The translations under genes were made by a program, and so were the position numbers. DNA of 64,000 nucleotides from Amoebophrya sp. A120 (taxonomy: Eukaryota; Protista; Dinoflagellata), in NCBI GenBank assembly GCA_905178155.1, contig CAJINV010000008.1:2046001-2110000 (forward strand). The letters run 5' to 3'. The notes below the pieces were generated by a model, which saw nothing but the letters and a program-made list of their open reading frames with translations, searched no databases and was not told the origin of the DNA. This document shows, piece by piece, positions 13,763 to 25,255 of the stretch. Every line of letters starts with the position of its first letter. The stretch's first letter is position 1.

Positions 13763-16653
13763 ATGACACGGGCGCAAGAAGGAACAGGGGCCCCCGCTCT
13801 CTCCCGGACTTCTAAGGTGCACTTGCGACGAGCGCGGTTTGTGTTCTACTTTCCTCTGACATTTCTTGTTCACCTTCACGGACAATGTGTGGTGACTTCC
13901 GAGAGTCGATTAGGGACGACGTCGATCCGGGGGGACGAGAGCACGACGATGACTGCAGGCGAAAACACAAGTAATCATTTTGCCGACCTGGACGCTGTAG
14001 AGGACCAAGAGGATGAAAAAGCGGTTTACAGTACGGAGTCGCGCTACTTCCTTCCGCCCACAATCGGAGGAACTGGTACATTTGCACAGCTCGTCGAGGA
14101 GGATGATCATATCCTGGTGTAAAATCGCGTGTGGCGGGTCGTCCATCTCTTTCAAAAAAATCTTATATGAAGTATGCGCAGGAAAGCATTTTTTTGATTT
14201 TATTTGTATCAGTATTCGGGAATGTCAATAGCAAAACTCAATAGGGAGACTGGACGCGTTGCCGCGTTTTTTACACCGGATGATCTTCGAAGGTGTACAC
14301 CAGCGAACGAGAGGCGCCCTTTTTAGCCGAAGGATGAGGAGCAGCATTATCCTCTGTAAAAACGTAACCGCCCTGGCCCTAGAGTTGTTTTCATGGGAGT
14401 CTACATCCACACGCAGAAGGTGTTTCGTGCGCATCCTCAATAAGACGCGTTTTGTAGTTTTCCTTCGACGAAATTTGTCATGCGCTAGTAAACCTGAAAA
14501 ACCTTCTTGTTCTGAAGAGGTCACGCTAGATAACTATGCGACACTGGGGCCCGAGGTCGTCTAGCGGGCCCTAATTCGAGGACTTGATGTCTAAGTGGAG
14601 TCTCATCCTGACGGGGAGGTGGGGAGGTCTTTACATGGGATTATGAGCACCAGCTTGACATTTTTGCCTCTGCAGTTGAACGCCACCAGGTCGACGTTCC
14701 CCGGTGCAAAGGAAGGGACAAGCCTGGTTGAGCAGCAGTGGCCGGCTGACGTTGCGGCCGCGATTGCCAATATTGAAGCCGGCGTTGACAAGAATCTGTA
14801 CGAGTGGACACAACCCGGGTACTGTGCGTGCCAAGGAAATTTTTGCCCCACGAAGCTCGATTTATCACCCGAAGGCTTCAATACATGTCAAGCTAACTGC
14901 ACAAGTAACGCGGCGTGTATGGGGTTCGCCTATTCCAGTAACTGCGAATATTATGTGCAACACACACTTGTCGATGGCGTGGCGCTGAGGTTCCATAGCG
15001 GCCAGCTAATATGCAAAACGATTAGAACTACGCCCCTGCCGCACAAAACGTTGAAAAAGATTTCCGAACACGAATACCACAAGAACGAACGTGCATCATT
15101 GGAATCCAATTCTTGCAATCCAGAGACAGCTTCACAGGACGAAAACGAAACGCAGAGTATACTGGGGCTGCATGTTCTATATACTTAGAACGAAACGCAA
15201 ATAGTGCATACATGGAAAAAAGTTATCAAGTACATGCACCTAGAACTTTTGTCCAGTCTCGATAAAAGATTTTGGGGCGGGGGCGTGATTATGTAAATTC
15301 TATAGACCCAATCGGACAAAATGAACAAGCTCGGCAAAAACGAAGCCGCCGATAGCCGGAACAGATTCACTAAAAGCACGTGGTTACCATTCGGTTGTCT
15401 GCGAAAGAAACCAGGCAAGCATCGGAGCTCTTTCGTGACGCGATATCGCTCCCTTTGTTTAAGAGGCATCTGTGGGTGTGGGCCGTCGACTATGAGAGTA
15501 CACAACTCCGCCTCCCTCTCATTTGAAGGGCACACGCAGCAACACAAGCCCTGGCATAAGTGCCGCTTTTGCATAACAAGTTCGAGATAGATTCTATTGC
15601 TGTTTCGGCTTCCGGAATCTGTCATGCAAGTAGTGCCAGAGAGGAAAGCGTTGGTTTGGTATTTTGCATGACAAACGAGGGGGAGGGGGAGTTGTGGAGT
15701 GTCATATCCACGGTTTGCAAAACCAAGCTTGTGGTCCGAGGGCTGGCGTCGCAGCAGGCTTGTGAACAGAAGTGCGACGCAGCGCAGGACTGTGCGGCGT
15801 ACATGTTTGGCTCTGTGTCAGACGCGCAGGGTTCCGATCCGGGCGCCCCTCTTGAGCCAAAGACGAATTACAATGAAAAAATCGCCGGAACTTGCCGTCT
15901 GTTCGAGAACACGCGAGACAGAGAAGGTTTTGCTTACCCGCCCGATGGTGTGTTCTTGTTTGATGAAATTTACGACAACTCAGCCCTTTCTCCTGGAGAC
16001 CTACGCGATCCGTCGAAATGGAGGAGGAGAACTGATGAAAACGGGACCGTGCTCGTAGACAACGTTGTATCTGGAGGAAAAACGTCCACGCCCCGTAGTT
16101 AAGTCAGATGGGGAACCTGATATGAGGCATCATGTTGAGATTGAGAAGTTTTCTGGATTCCGCATCAGAGCAGCATACTAGTCGTACTTGTCTAGTACTA
16201 GAAAACCCGCAGCACAAATTGGCCCTCTTGTCCTGATGAGAGCATGACTAAGTCCAAATAGATACCACTTAGGAAAAATGCTCCTTATGGAACCAACTGC
16301 GCGTGAGAGACGTCCGAGACGTGCGGACTTGCATGAAAGATGTGGGGTGAGGACGTTTCCATATTGGATACGTAGATGAGGCGGAAGATTTTTTGTGGCT
16401 ACGCGAGTTCTGCATGAACAAGATGGATACTCGTGTGGCCAATGCTACACACCATGGCGGCGGCGTCATGGCAAACGGAACAGGAGGTTCTGGCAGTGCA
16501 GTATCCGCGTCAGACGATTCGCTTCTAGAGTACTGCTTTTACGGAACGATTATTGGTGCGGCAGCTCTAATGGTCGCGCTGATTGTAGTGATCTTCTTCC
16601 TTCTGCAGCAGGTGCAGCACCGGAAGCACTACGCATGTAGAAAAAGTTCTTGA
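13763..16653 (+). CDS. Type-I membrane protein with two PAN/apple-like Cys modules, 5 introners
   Basis: N-terminal hydrophobic stretch. Module 1 GYCACQGNFC...TCQANCTSNAACMGFAYSSNC; module 2 GICGCGPSTVC...ACEQKCDAAQDCAAYMF...GTC. C-terminal TM (IIGAAALMVALIVVIFFLL) and short basic tail. One continuous frame after removing the 5 elements. Confidence 0.72.
14110..14282. mobile_element. Introner, B-like, decayed direct repeat
   Basis: tatcctggtgtaaaatcgcg ... cgcgttttttacaccggatg; removing element+5 gives EEDD.EGVHQR in an open frame. Confidence 0.7.
14348..14642. mobile_element. Introner, family B, decayed direct repeat
   Basis: tatcctctgtaaaaacgt ... ggggaggtctttacatgggatt; element+5 (300 nt) restores the frame into TSLTFLPLQ. 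Confidence 0.7.
15010..15304. mobile_element. Degenerate introner, family E/C-like
   Basis: tatgc...tacgcccctgccgcacaaaa pairs with ttttggggcgggggcgtga...tata; element+5 (300 nt) restores the frame. Confidence 0.6.
15491..15706. mobile_element. Introner, family E (TIR tatga.a.t.cacaactcc.cctccc)
   Basis: About 28-bp TIR; flanks TCGAC/TCCAC; join CGPST|VCKTKL. Confidence 0.85.
16068..16370. mobile_element. Introner, family B
   Basis: tatctggaggaaaaacgtccacgcccc ... ggggtgaggacgtttccatattggata; flanks CGTTG/CGTAG; join VDNV|DEAEDF. Confidence 0.85.
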
Positions 16654-17463
16654 CCGAAAGCTTCATGTCGACCTGCTTTGATTGTTTTGATTTCTTCGGT
16701 CCTCATGGGTCCTCTCATGAGGCTTCGCATGCACAAGCAGAACGAGCACCAGCGAGTTGCTTTGTCAGTTTGGTTGCATGATCATGACTTTGCTGTGAGC
16801 GTCTGCAGGAGGTGCACCTTGGCGCACCGTTGTAGGACAGAAGTGCTCTAATTGAAGTAGAGACAAAAGCGGTCGACCGGACGAGGGGCCGTCCCTGTAT
16901 GTGTTGTCCTTGACGAGCAGCGGCGAGGCAATGAAGCCGGTCAGCGTAATTTTTCTCTGCGATATCAATTCCTTGCTAAACAAGTCTCCTCGTCGAAGAC
17001 CGGCGGCGCAGCGGTGGCGCCAGAGAACCAAAATATATGCAAACGCGCAGCTGCTTGAGCCACAGCGAGATCCCGGCACTGCTCTGGAGAATGCTCTTGG
17101 AACTCGGGGAACGGCGACGCGTAGTGCTGGCGGTGCTGCAATTGCGACTTCGACTTACAGAAGGCGCGGAAATAAAACTCCACGGGAGCAGCAGAATCGC
17201 GGATCTGTGGCATCCCAGCGGCCGAGTACGGTTCGAGATTCGACATACGTGCTTACCTTGCCGCGGATCGATCCTTATCGAACAGGAAACGCACTACCTG
17301 TCGCTTGTTCCGCTCTGTCCACCTATGACGTGGACCTATCGACGTCCCAAAGCATTGGCATTGCATCAAATTGATTGTGTTTATTTGTCATATCTTCATC
17401 TGTTCGTCTTGCACTTGCAGCTACGGTTGTAATCGCAGAAAGTTCTTTTGATCTTGTTCTCGC

Positions 17464-17808
17464 TTGCCACGGAGTTGTTCTCGACCTTGCATGTACAACT
17501 CCGGCAGTTACAACAATGATTTTTTCAAATCCCCAGCAATGGAAAAAAGTGGTAGGCGCGAACTGCAAACGACAGGATTGTTTTTTCTGCGCGATAACGC
17601 CGCTCCCACAGTACTACTGAAACGAAGAGCGCCAGCGGGCGACCCCGTCAAAGTCAACCAACCACTCAACCACGGAGCTGGAGCGCTGGAGGGCATCGCA
17701 GAAGAGGACTCGTTTACAGGCACAGCGCTTCCGGTGGGCCGTGATCCGGCGCTGTGGTTGGCGAACCGACATCAGGCCAGACTGGCGAAAACGCCATATG
17801 AGTTGTAA
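17464..17808 (+). CDS. Possible small hypothetical protein or terminal exon
   Basis: GC-rich ORF with coding-like codon use; no recognisable motif. Confidence 0.3.
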   Translation: MPRSCSRPCMYNSGSYNNDFFKSPAMEKSGRRELQTTGLFFLRDNAAPTVLLKRRAPAGDPVKVNQPLNHGAGALEGIAEEDSFTGTALPVGRDPALWLANRHQARLAKTPYEL

Positions 17809-18571
17809 ATCGGACCAGCTTCGTTGTTTGGTCGGCATCGGCAACGAAGGCAGTTAGAAGCTGCTCTTTTTTTTCTGTATTTGTGTGATGGAGGTGCTTA
17901 CTATTGAGCCTCATTATTTTTCTCTTCTACGCCCGCTTCGCCGTGCTTTAAAAGCGTCTAATTGGTGATATGACAATACGAGCGGATTATAGCAAAGGAG
18001 GGGTGGGCGTGGGCTAGCAATAGCAGATGCATTTTCTGCGGCCGTCCAGTAGGTTACCGATACCGACGCAAGAATGAGTACTGATTTGCAATGCATAGGC
18101 GACCACCGATGCTAAGCCCCTTTGCGGGCGGCTCCGTGAAAAACTCTGAAGCAGCCGCACTCATTATGCGTCCAGGTAACGCAGGGCATCAGCCTCAGCC
18201 GTATCAATTTGCGGGCCCAGTTATCAGACAAAACAAGGCTAGCATAAGCATGGCGCATTTCGGTTTATTCAAGATTTTTTCCGCTCAAATTAAGGAGCGC
18301 AGACGCAATTCTCGTTATGTATTCAAGAAGCACGCGCACCACTGTCATACGTGTTCCGATAAACGTTCTGATGTTCTTGTCCATGTGCCTGTGATGCATG
18401 GTAGAGATGATCTAATGTCCGAAGCAGATTAGATGTCAGACAACATTCGCAATGAGTGTGTTTTCATCTCACGGAGAACAGATGGAGCAGGATGGCACTT
18501 ATGCTAGTATTTTGTTATTTAAGTCGATACAGAGGACCAGGACACCAGCATCGGCGTGGCCGGTAGGAGGC

Positions 18572-18844
18572 ATGACGGAGGCCAACGAGCTCTCCGACGA
18601 CGGGAGTGACATGGCAAACTCAGTGTACATTGTGGATGCACTTTCGTCTCTGGATACAGAACCAACTACTGAGTACCTCCGCGTAGCCGGCGGCGACGAC
18701 ACAGGCCCTCCTGCGCGTGCAGCGAAACACAGGCCGGAAACTACCTACCTGCGCGTGCTGCGAAACGCGATGGCTGCAGAGGAAGCGCGCGCTGACATGG
18801 GTACAATCACGCCCTCCGGGCCCGCGCCACCACCAGAATCCTAG
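18572..18844 (+). CDS. Possible small acidic hypothetical protein
   Basis: GC3-rich ORF MTEANELSDDG...PPPES with an internal repeat (TEYLRV / TTYLRV); start uncertain. Confidence 0.4.
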   Translation: MTEANELSDDGSDMANSVYIVDALSSLDTEPTTEYLRVAGGDDTGPPARAAKHRPETTYLRVLRNAMAAEEARADMGTITPSGPAPPPES

Positions 18845-19683
18845 CAGGATTTTCGAATCCACACACCGTCCCGTACCCTTTCTTGAGGCTAGGGTTTGCA
18901 TTTTTGGAAATACCCATTTTAAAAAGAATCCCTTGTTTTTTTTTCTTTCTGCGTGATTTCCATATGCTTTATACTTTCTACGTACTTTACTGAATATCTA
19001 CTGCGAGAACTATTGATTTGGCTTTCCATGCGGACCAACCGCATCAGCATCTCGTGAACAGCTTCCTGCACCAGGTTGCTCAATCAATCTGATCTGTTCC
19101 TCACTTGCATTGCTTTGCTCCGCCTGTCCAGCATCTTCCTTGGCTGCTCTCGTTGACATCGACTGGTCGACATGCCAGATCAGAATCAGATCCAGTGGTT
19201 GTTGTGGTTTGGTCGACTGGTGTGCGTGCTTTTGCGTACACACACGATGTCACGGTGCTCCTTGCAAAACATGTCCTTTTGAAAGATCAGGATCCAGTTT
19301 TTTTACAAGGGTACTTAACCATGAAGATTTGTTACCTTGCACAGGCGATTTCCAGCGATTTTCAAGGTGTAATTTTTTTTGAAGAACCGCGCGGATCAAT
19401 TTTACCAGGAATTCAACAAATTATGACGAATGTTGCATGATTGTATGTATGTGTTAGAAGATCCATCTTCAGCTGAGAAGACTTCGGAGATGACTGCAGC
19501 TGTGTTAACAGAAATTAGAATAGTTCCATCGCCGTTGTCACTTCAAAAGTTCGAAAAGATACATACTCACTCGGTGGAGAGTGAGCATATTATCTTGATT
19601 ACTATCTGCTAGCAAACAGCTGTTTGTCGTTTTCGGTTGTGGTGTCTATTCTGGTGATCCATCATCTACTGCTTTTCTTTGAC

Positions 19684-22600
19684 ATGATGAGAGTGACGAG
19701 TCCTCCAAACGCGAACATCCGGAACGTTTCTTCCCAAGCGAGCCAGGGCGTGGATGGAGATGAACGGACGGCGACCACTTCGTCCCGCCCAAAGTTTTCG
19801 CTTCTGTGGCGCAACCTGAGTTACCGGGTTCACGACAAGCAGATCCTGAAGCAGGTGTATGGGGAGTTCAAGTCCGGCGAGGTGGCCGCGGTGATGGGGT
19901 TTTCCGGGGCCGGGAAATCCACGCTGCTGAACCTTCTCGCCGGACGCCAGGCCTGGAAACACAAAGTGAACCACGACACCCGCGTGTTCCTGAACGACTG
20001 CCCCGTATCAAATGTAAAAATGTCTGGGTCTGGAAGAATCCAACTTGTCATGCTAAATCTGCAGCATGCAAAAATCTGTGTTGCATGATTACCAAAAGTC
20101 GCCCAGTTTTGACCAAGTCGGAAGGCAGATTCTCATGCAGGATAGGCATGAGAAAGATCGCACAGAATCTGTCGTGCTAGGTGCTGCATTCCAGACCTCA
20201 TGGGTCATGGAGAAGCTGCATGACAAATCGCGCATTCTTCCAGACCCAGACATTTTTACATTTGATACCCCGTCCGGGAAAACCACCTCCGCGCGTCTAT
20301 CGGTTTCGTGCCCCAAGACGACGGGCTGTTTCCCTTCCACACCGTCTACGAGTCCCTGCTGTTTCGCGCACGGCTTACCGTGGAGGAAGACATTAATACT
20401 AGCGATGATCCATTACGGAGTAGCATTTCAACAGCCGTCTGCTCGGCGGATCCAGGTTCCAAGGAGGTTGTTCCACCGCGGCACAGGCTCAGGCTGAAAG
20501 AGAAGTTGTGTGAGGAGCACGACAGAAGTAGCAGAGACGAGATGGGATCTTCAATCTGTTCGGAAAATGAGGAACATATCACAGCGGACGCGATGAATAA
20601 AGACCTTGAGGGCCGTGCCGCTCTGTTGCGGAAAAAGAGCGCGTCTTACTCAACCGTGACCGGGGCCGCGCCGCGATTGGGCAACGCTCAGAAGCAGGAT
20701 CGGAGAAATATGAGGAAGAGTGGCAGTCATGAAACAAAAGAATGTAATGGTGACATAGAACAGGGCCTGGACGGAAGTACAATGGAACAAGGCCACTTGA
20801 GAAGTGGAACTAACGAAGAAGCGCTCGACAACGACTACACCGAGAAGATGCACGCGGCGCCGTCGTCTGTGAAAACAGATCCGCAGGAGCAGCGCGTGCA
20901 TGAGGTAATTCGGCGCCTGGGGCTCTCTCACGCGAAGGATACGTTGATCGGGAACCACCTAACCCGGGGGGTGAGTGGGGGCGAGCGCAAGCGCGTCGCG
21001 GTGGCGTGCGAACTGCTGTCGAACCCGCCGGTCTTGTTTCTCGACGAGCCCACATCCGGTCTGGACGCGGTTGCCGCGCTGGAGCTGGTGCGCTACTTGA
21101 AGCAGATCGCGCGGGCCGAAAATCGCCTCATTGTCTGCGTCATCCACCAGCCCAGCAGCTATGTGTTCTCGTTGTTCGACAAAGCCATTCTGATGAAGTA
21201 CGGAGAAATCCTGTGCGAGGGGAGGGTTGCGAACCTCGATCCGGCAGAAAGGTCAACATCTGACGCAGTGTCACAACCGGACAACGGGCAAGAACGGGAA
21301 GCAGCACGTGCGGGCACGAGACAAGAGGTGGTCCTCGAAGAGAGTACTTACGACAAATGCGAGAAAAACAGCACAAAGGTAGTTGTAGATGCGGCAGATG
21401 AACGGCACGAGCTAAAAGGTAGAACTCCAGCTATAAGTCTCGGAGCGGGCGGACGAGACCTTGAGGACGGCGACGGTGCCACCAGCAACGTTGATGAAGT
21501 AGGGCGAGGTGTTGAAAATATAAGACCTCAGGTGGACGACACTAACTATTTGGTGACGGACCCGCTCGCGGCGATAGGCCGACCCGTTCCGCCGTGTTTT
21601 AATGCGGCAGACTGGCTGATCCAGCAAGCTCGGGACATGACAGAGGACGAGGATCGAGAGGTCAAAGCGTTTACAAGGAACCGGTTTTTCGGTTCTCGCA
21701 GCGCAGCTGGCGAAAGTTGTACACAAGAAGCGCAGGGAAAGGGATTGGTCCCTCTCCCAGACACAAATCTGCATCCCAGCGGCGGTTTGTCATATCTGTT
21801 GAAGAAAGTCTCCAGCAAGGGGAGTCTAGTATCGTCAGTACTCTCCGGAGTTGAAGACGACACTTCTGCGCCACTTTTGGAAGGCGGAAATAAAATGAAG
21901 CACCATCATTGTACTGACTCTACAGGTTGTACAACTAAAATGGACATGCGGCCGAGAAGCATTAGCAAGTACAACGACGACCAGCACCGCAGCAAGCGGC
22001 GTCGCTACACGCCTTTTCCCTACCAGGTGTGGATGTTGTGGCAGCGGGAGTTTGTGACTTTCTACCGCAACCGGACGCAGACCTTCGCGCGGTTCGGGAA
22101 TTTGTACTTTATGATGCTGCTGTTCTGCGCACTTTTCGCCAACATTGGGATCGACCTGCCGGAAAGCGTCGCGGACGCCGGCTCGCTCTTTGACGAGGAA
22201 AACCTCTCCCTGCTGCCCAACAAGATACGCGGGGAGCTGGGCGCGCTGACCTCCACGCTGATCACGCTCAACTTCTGGACGGCGGCCTTCCACCTGCAGG
22301 AACTGGTAGTCGCGCGCGACTGGTACATCCGGGAGCACTATGCTTCGCAAATATAATGAATGTTGTCTGGGTCTGGAAAGAAGTAGCCAATTATTATTCA
22401 TCGTGGTCCTACTTGCATATTACGAGACGAGTCCTCCCGTGTTTGGCATAACAGCATGGCAAGGTTTCCTCGCTGGTTTCTTTCGAGTTCAATTCTTGTG
22501 TTTAGCATTTTAAAAAGCTGCCTCTACTCAGGAGCATGACAAAAAAAAACTGGCGACTCCTCTCCACGCATCACAGATCTTGCTGCTGCTCTTCCGGCCT

Positions 22601-25255
22601 ATCCAATCCAGACGCAGACACATGTTTGCTATGCATAACCCCAGCGCGCACCTGTACACCGCCCCCGCGTTCCTCGTGGCAAAACTGATTCAGGAGATTT
22701 TCTTTGACGTGTTCTGTATAACCTGTTCAGGTGTTACAATCTCAAACATTACAATAGAATCTGGAATCTGTGTTGCAAGAAGTGCATTACCTAGCCAGCT
22801 CTCGTAGGATTGCGCATGACAAGCTCTCCTGGAGTCTTAATCCGCATTACAAAAATCTGGCGAAATTTGTATTGCAGAAAGTGGAATGCTGTCCGAGTCT
22901 GTCATGTTCATCATGCAAGACAAACCTCAGATTCTATTGTAACGTTTGAGATTGTAACGTTTGAGCAGGTCATATTCTGCATCAGTCTTTTCTACCTCAT
23001 CCTCTACCACGTCCTGAATCTGCACGCGAGTTTTTTCGTTCTTTTCGTCTCCGGGCTGGGCATATCAAGTGCAAAAATGTCAGGGTCTGGAAGAATGCAT
23101 GTTTGTCATGCTTGTCTGGCGTGGCTCTTAAATCTGTCATGCACGGTTCCCAAGAGCCCCATTTTGCTGTCATGCAGAAACGCAGTTTGTCATGCAGAAT
23201 AGGCAAAACCTAGAAGCTCAACAGCTTGTCATGCTGAGCAAGCATTGTGGCCTCTTCATGACACGCCACCCAGCATCACAAGTTTCCAGACCCAGACATT
23301 TTTACAACCCATAGGGCACCTCCCTGGCCTCGGGGTCGGTGGCGCTGTTCTGCGGCTCCCTGATCAAGACGCCGTCGGTATCGTAAGGAAAAATCCCCCC
23401 TCCCCATATTGAACAGGTATGTTTCTGAAAATTTGTGTTGCTGATTTGAGGCCACAAATCACATTTGTATCGCAAGAAGACAAGGGCAGAAGCTTCCGCC
23501 CCATTATGGCCGCGATTTGTCATGCTGTTGGGCCTAAAGGGGAGCCGTTTTCCATGCTGAACAACTAGGCCCGCGCGCCCCTACGTAGCAGCCTGGGGAT
23601 CTGGTCGCAGTGCCTCTACTCTGCAATACAAAGCTGATTTGTGTAGACAAATCCAGCGTGAGAAATTCCGTTTTGATATGGGGAGGGGGGATTTTTCCTT
23701 GTGATAGTCGGTCGCGGGGATCCTCCAGCCCATGGTGTTCGTGCCCATGCTGTACCTGGCCGGACAAGTGGTGCCGGTCGGGCAGATATCAACTGTAAAA
23801 ATATCTGGGTCTGGAAGAATGCAACTTGTCATGCTATATCTGAAGCATGCAAAAATCTGTGTTGCATGATTACCAAAAGTCGTCCAGTTTTGACCAAGTC
23901 GCGATGGAGTTTCTCATGCAGGATAGGCATTAGAAAGGTCTCGCAGAATCTGTCATGCTAGGTGCGGCATTCCAGACCTCATAGGTCATGGAAAAGCAGC
24001 ATGACAAATCGCGCATTCTTCCAGACCCAGACATTTTTACACTTGATAGCAGATCCACCCGGCGATCCGGTGGACGCGGTACCTGGTCCCTCCGGCGTAT
24101 ATCCTGAGTAAAAACGTACCCACACCAGAGTCAGGATGAGGATTTTGCAACACAAACTTAGGAGTTTTGTGAGTCACGCATGACAAGTTGCGCGATGCAG
24201 TGTAGTGCAGGTTAGCAAGTGCAGCCGCATCACAGATTCATCTGCTCATCCTGTTCACAGCATCACAAATTCCAAAACACGATTGGAAATGGCTCTCATG
24301 GGGATGCGCATTACAAGTCTTCCTGTCTTTGCAAATCTGCATTACAACTCTGGTGTGGGTACGTTTTTACTCAGGATAGCGTACGCCGTCGACTTAGTAT
24401 CCATTGCATATATAATGTCTGGGAGGTCTGAAAGTAGAGTGCAACTTGTGATGCCGGTTTTGCTTTCTGAGAAGATCTTTATTGCCTGAGCAGCCAGAGG
24501 AGTCCAGTTTTTGCTACGCGGAGAAGGCATTTCTCATTCGGGAGAGGCACCATCAGGAGGCTGGTCTCAAAAAGTCTGTGATGTTGCTGGAGCATACAAC
24601 ATCACAGAGATCCTGTTCCTGGGTCATGTAAGTAAAATATGGATATGCATGACAACCGTTGCACTTATTTTCCAGACCCAGACAAATTTGCATTTGATAC
24701 TCAGTGGCCACCGACAATTTCCGCGGGCTTATCAAAAGGAAAAATCCCCCCGCCCCATATCGAAAAGGTATGTTTCCGAAAATTTGTGTTGCTGATTTGA
24801 GGCCACAAATCACATTTGTCTTGCATGAAGACAAGGGCAGAAGCTTCCGCCCCATTATGGAAGCCATTTGTCATGCTGTTGGGCCTAAAACTGAGCCGCT
24901 TGCCATGCTGAACAACTAGACCCATACGCGCCTACCTAGCTTGGGGATCTGGCCGCAGTGCCTCTCTGCAATACAAACCTGATCTGTGTACACAAATCCA
25001 GCATTAGAAATTCCGTTTGGATATGGGGAGGGGGGATTTTTCCTTACGATAGGGCTGGAACAGTTGGCGCGGGAGTACGTGCGGGATTTTCCGCAGGAGA
25101 CGCTGGTGACCGACACGGTCAGCCACGCGCTTTCCATCCCCGACCGCTTTGGGCTGGGCTACGGATTTGACATACTCATGCTGAGCCTCATTTTCCTCGT
25201 GTTCCGCGCCCTCGCAGTCGTCGGCCTGCACTTCAATGGCAGGTATCTGTCCTAG
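19684..25255 (+). CDS. ABCG (White-family) half transporter, NBD-TMD, 9 introners
   Basis: Walker A GFSGAGKST, Q-loop GFVPQDD (rebuilt across introner 20006), signature VSGGERKR, Walker B LFLDEPTSGLD, H-loop IHQP. TMD rebuilt from 8 short exons ending FRALAVVGLHFNGRYLS*. Confidence 0.95.
20006..20267. mobile_element. Introner, family A (young copy)
   Basis: Perfect 34-bp TIR tatcaaatgtaaaaatgtctgggtctggaagaat; direct repeat CCCCG; 262 bp; highly similar to 23787-24048. Confidence 0.96.
22339..22637. mobile_element. Introner, family A (old copy)
   Basis: Degenerate TIR with the gtctgggtctgg core; flanks AGCAC/ACCCC; element+5 gives WYIREH|SAHLY. Confidence 0.85.
22717..22974. mobile_element. 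Introner, family D
   Basis: About 47-bp TIR tat.acctg.tca...gttacaatctcaaac.ttacaatagaatctg with an internal tandem unit; direct repeat TTCTG; join FDVFC|ISLFY. Confidence 0.92.
23063..23313. mobile_element. Introner, family A
   Basis: Direct repeat GGGCA; join SGLG|TSLAS. Confidence 0.92.
23379..23706. mobile_element. Introner, family C
   Basis: TIR tatc..aaggaaaaatcccccctccccatat; direct repeat GTCGG; join KTPS|VAGIL; closely similar to 24730-25051. Confidence 0.95.
23787..24048. mobile_element. Introner, family A
   Basis: Direct repeat GCAGA; 262 bp; join PVGQ|IHPAIRW. Confidence 0.95.
24100..24378. mobile_element. Introner, family B (young copy)
   Basis: Perfect 32-bp TIR tatcctgagtaaaaacgtacccacaccagagt; direct repeat GCGTA; join PPAY|AVDL. 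Confidence 0.95.
24398..24699. mobile_element. Introner, family A (diverged)
   Basis: Flanks CTTAG/CTCAG; join AVDL|VATDNF. Confidence 0.87.
24730..25051. mobile_element. Introner, family C
   Basis: Direct repeat GGGCT; join NFRGL|EQLAR. Confidence 0.95.

Noticed and set aside
15013-15723. One long intron bounded by TGCAAAAC repeats
   Set aside because: Better explained by two TIR elements (15010-15304, 15491-15706) with a Cys-containing exon between them.
22339-25056. CRISPR-like or integron-like repeat-spacer array
   Set aside because: Repeats are inverted pairs of several families and the spacers are consecutive exons of one ABCG gene; no cas or integrase gene.
19830-25170. Recurrent short ORFs (KMSGSGR, LPDPDIF, WGGGIFP) suggesting a repeated peptide family
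   Set aside because: They are translations of introner TIRs, not proteins.
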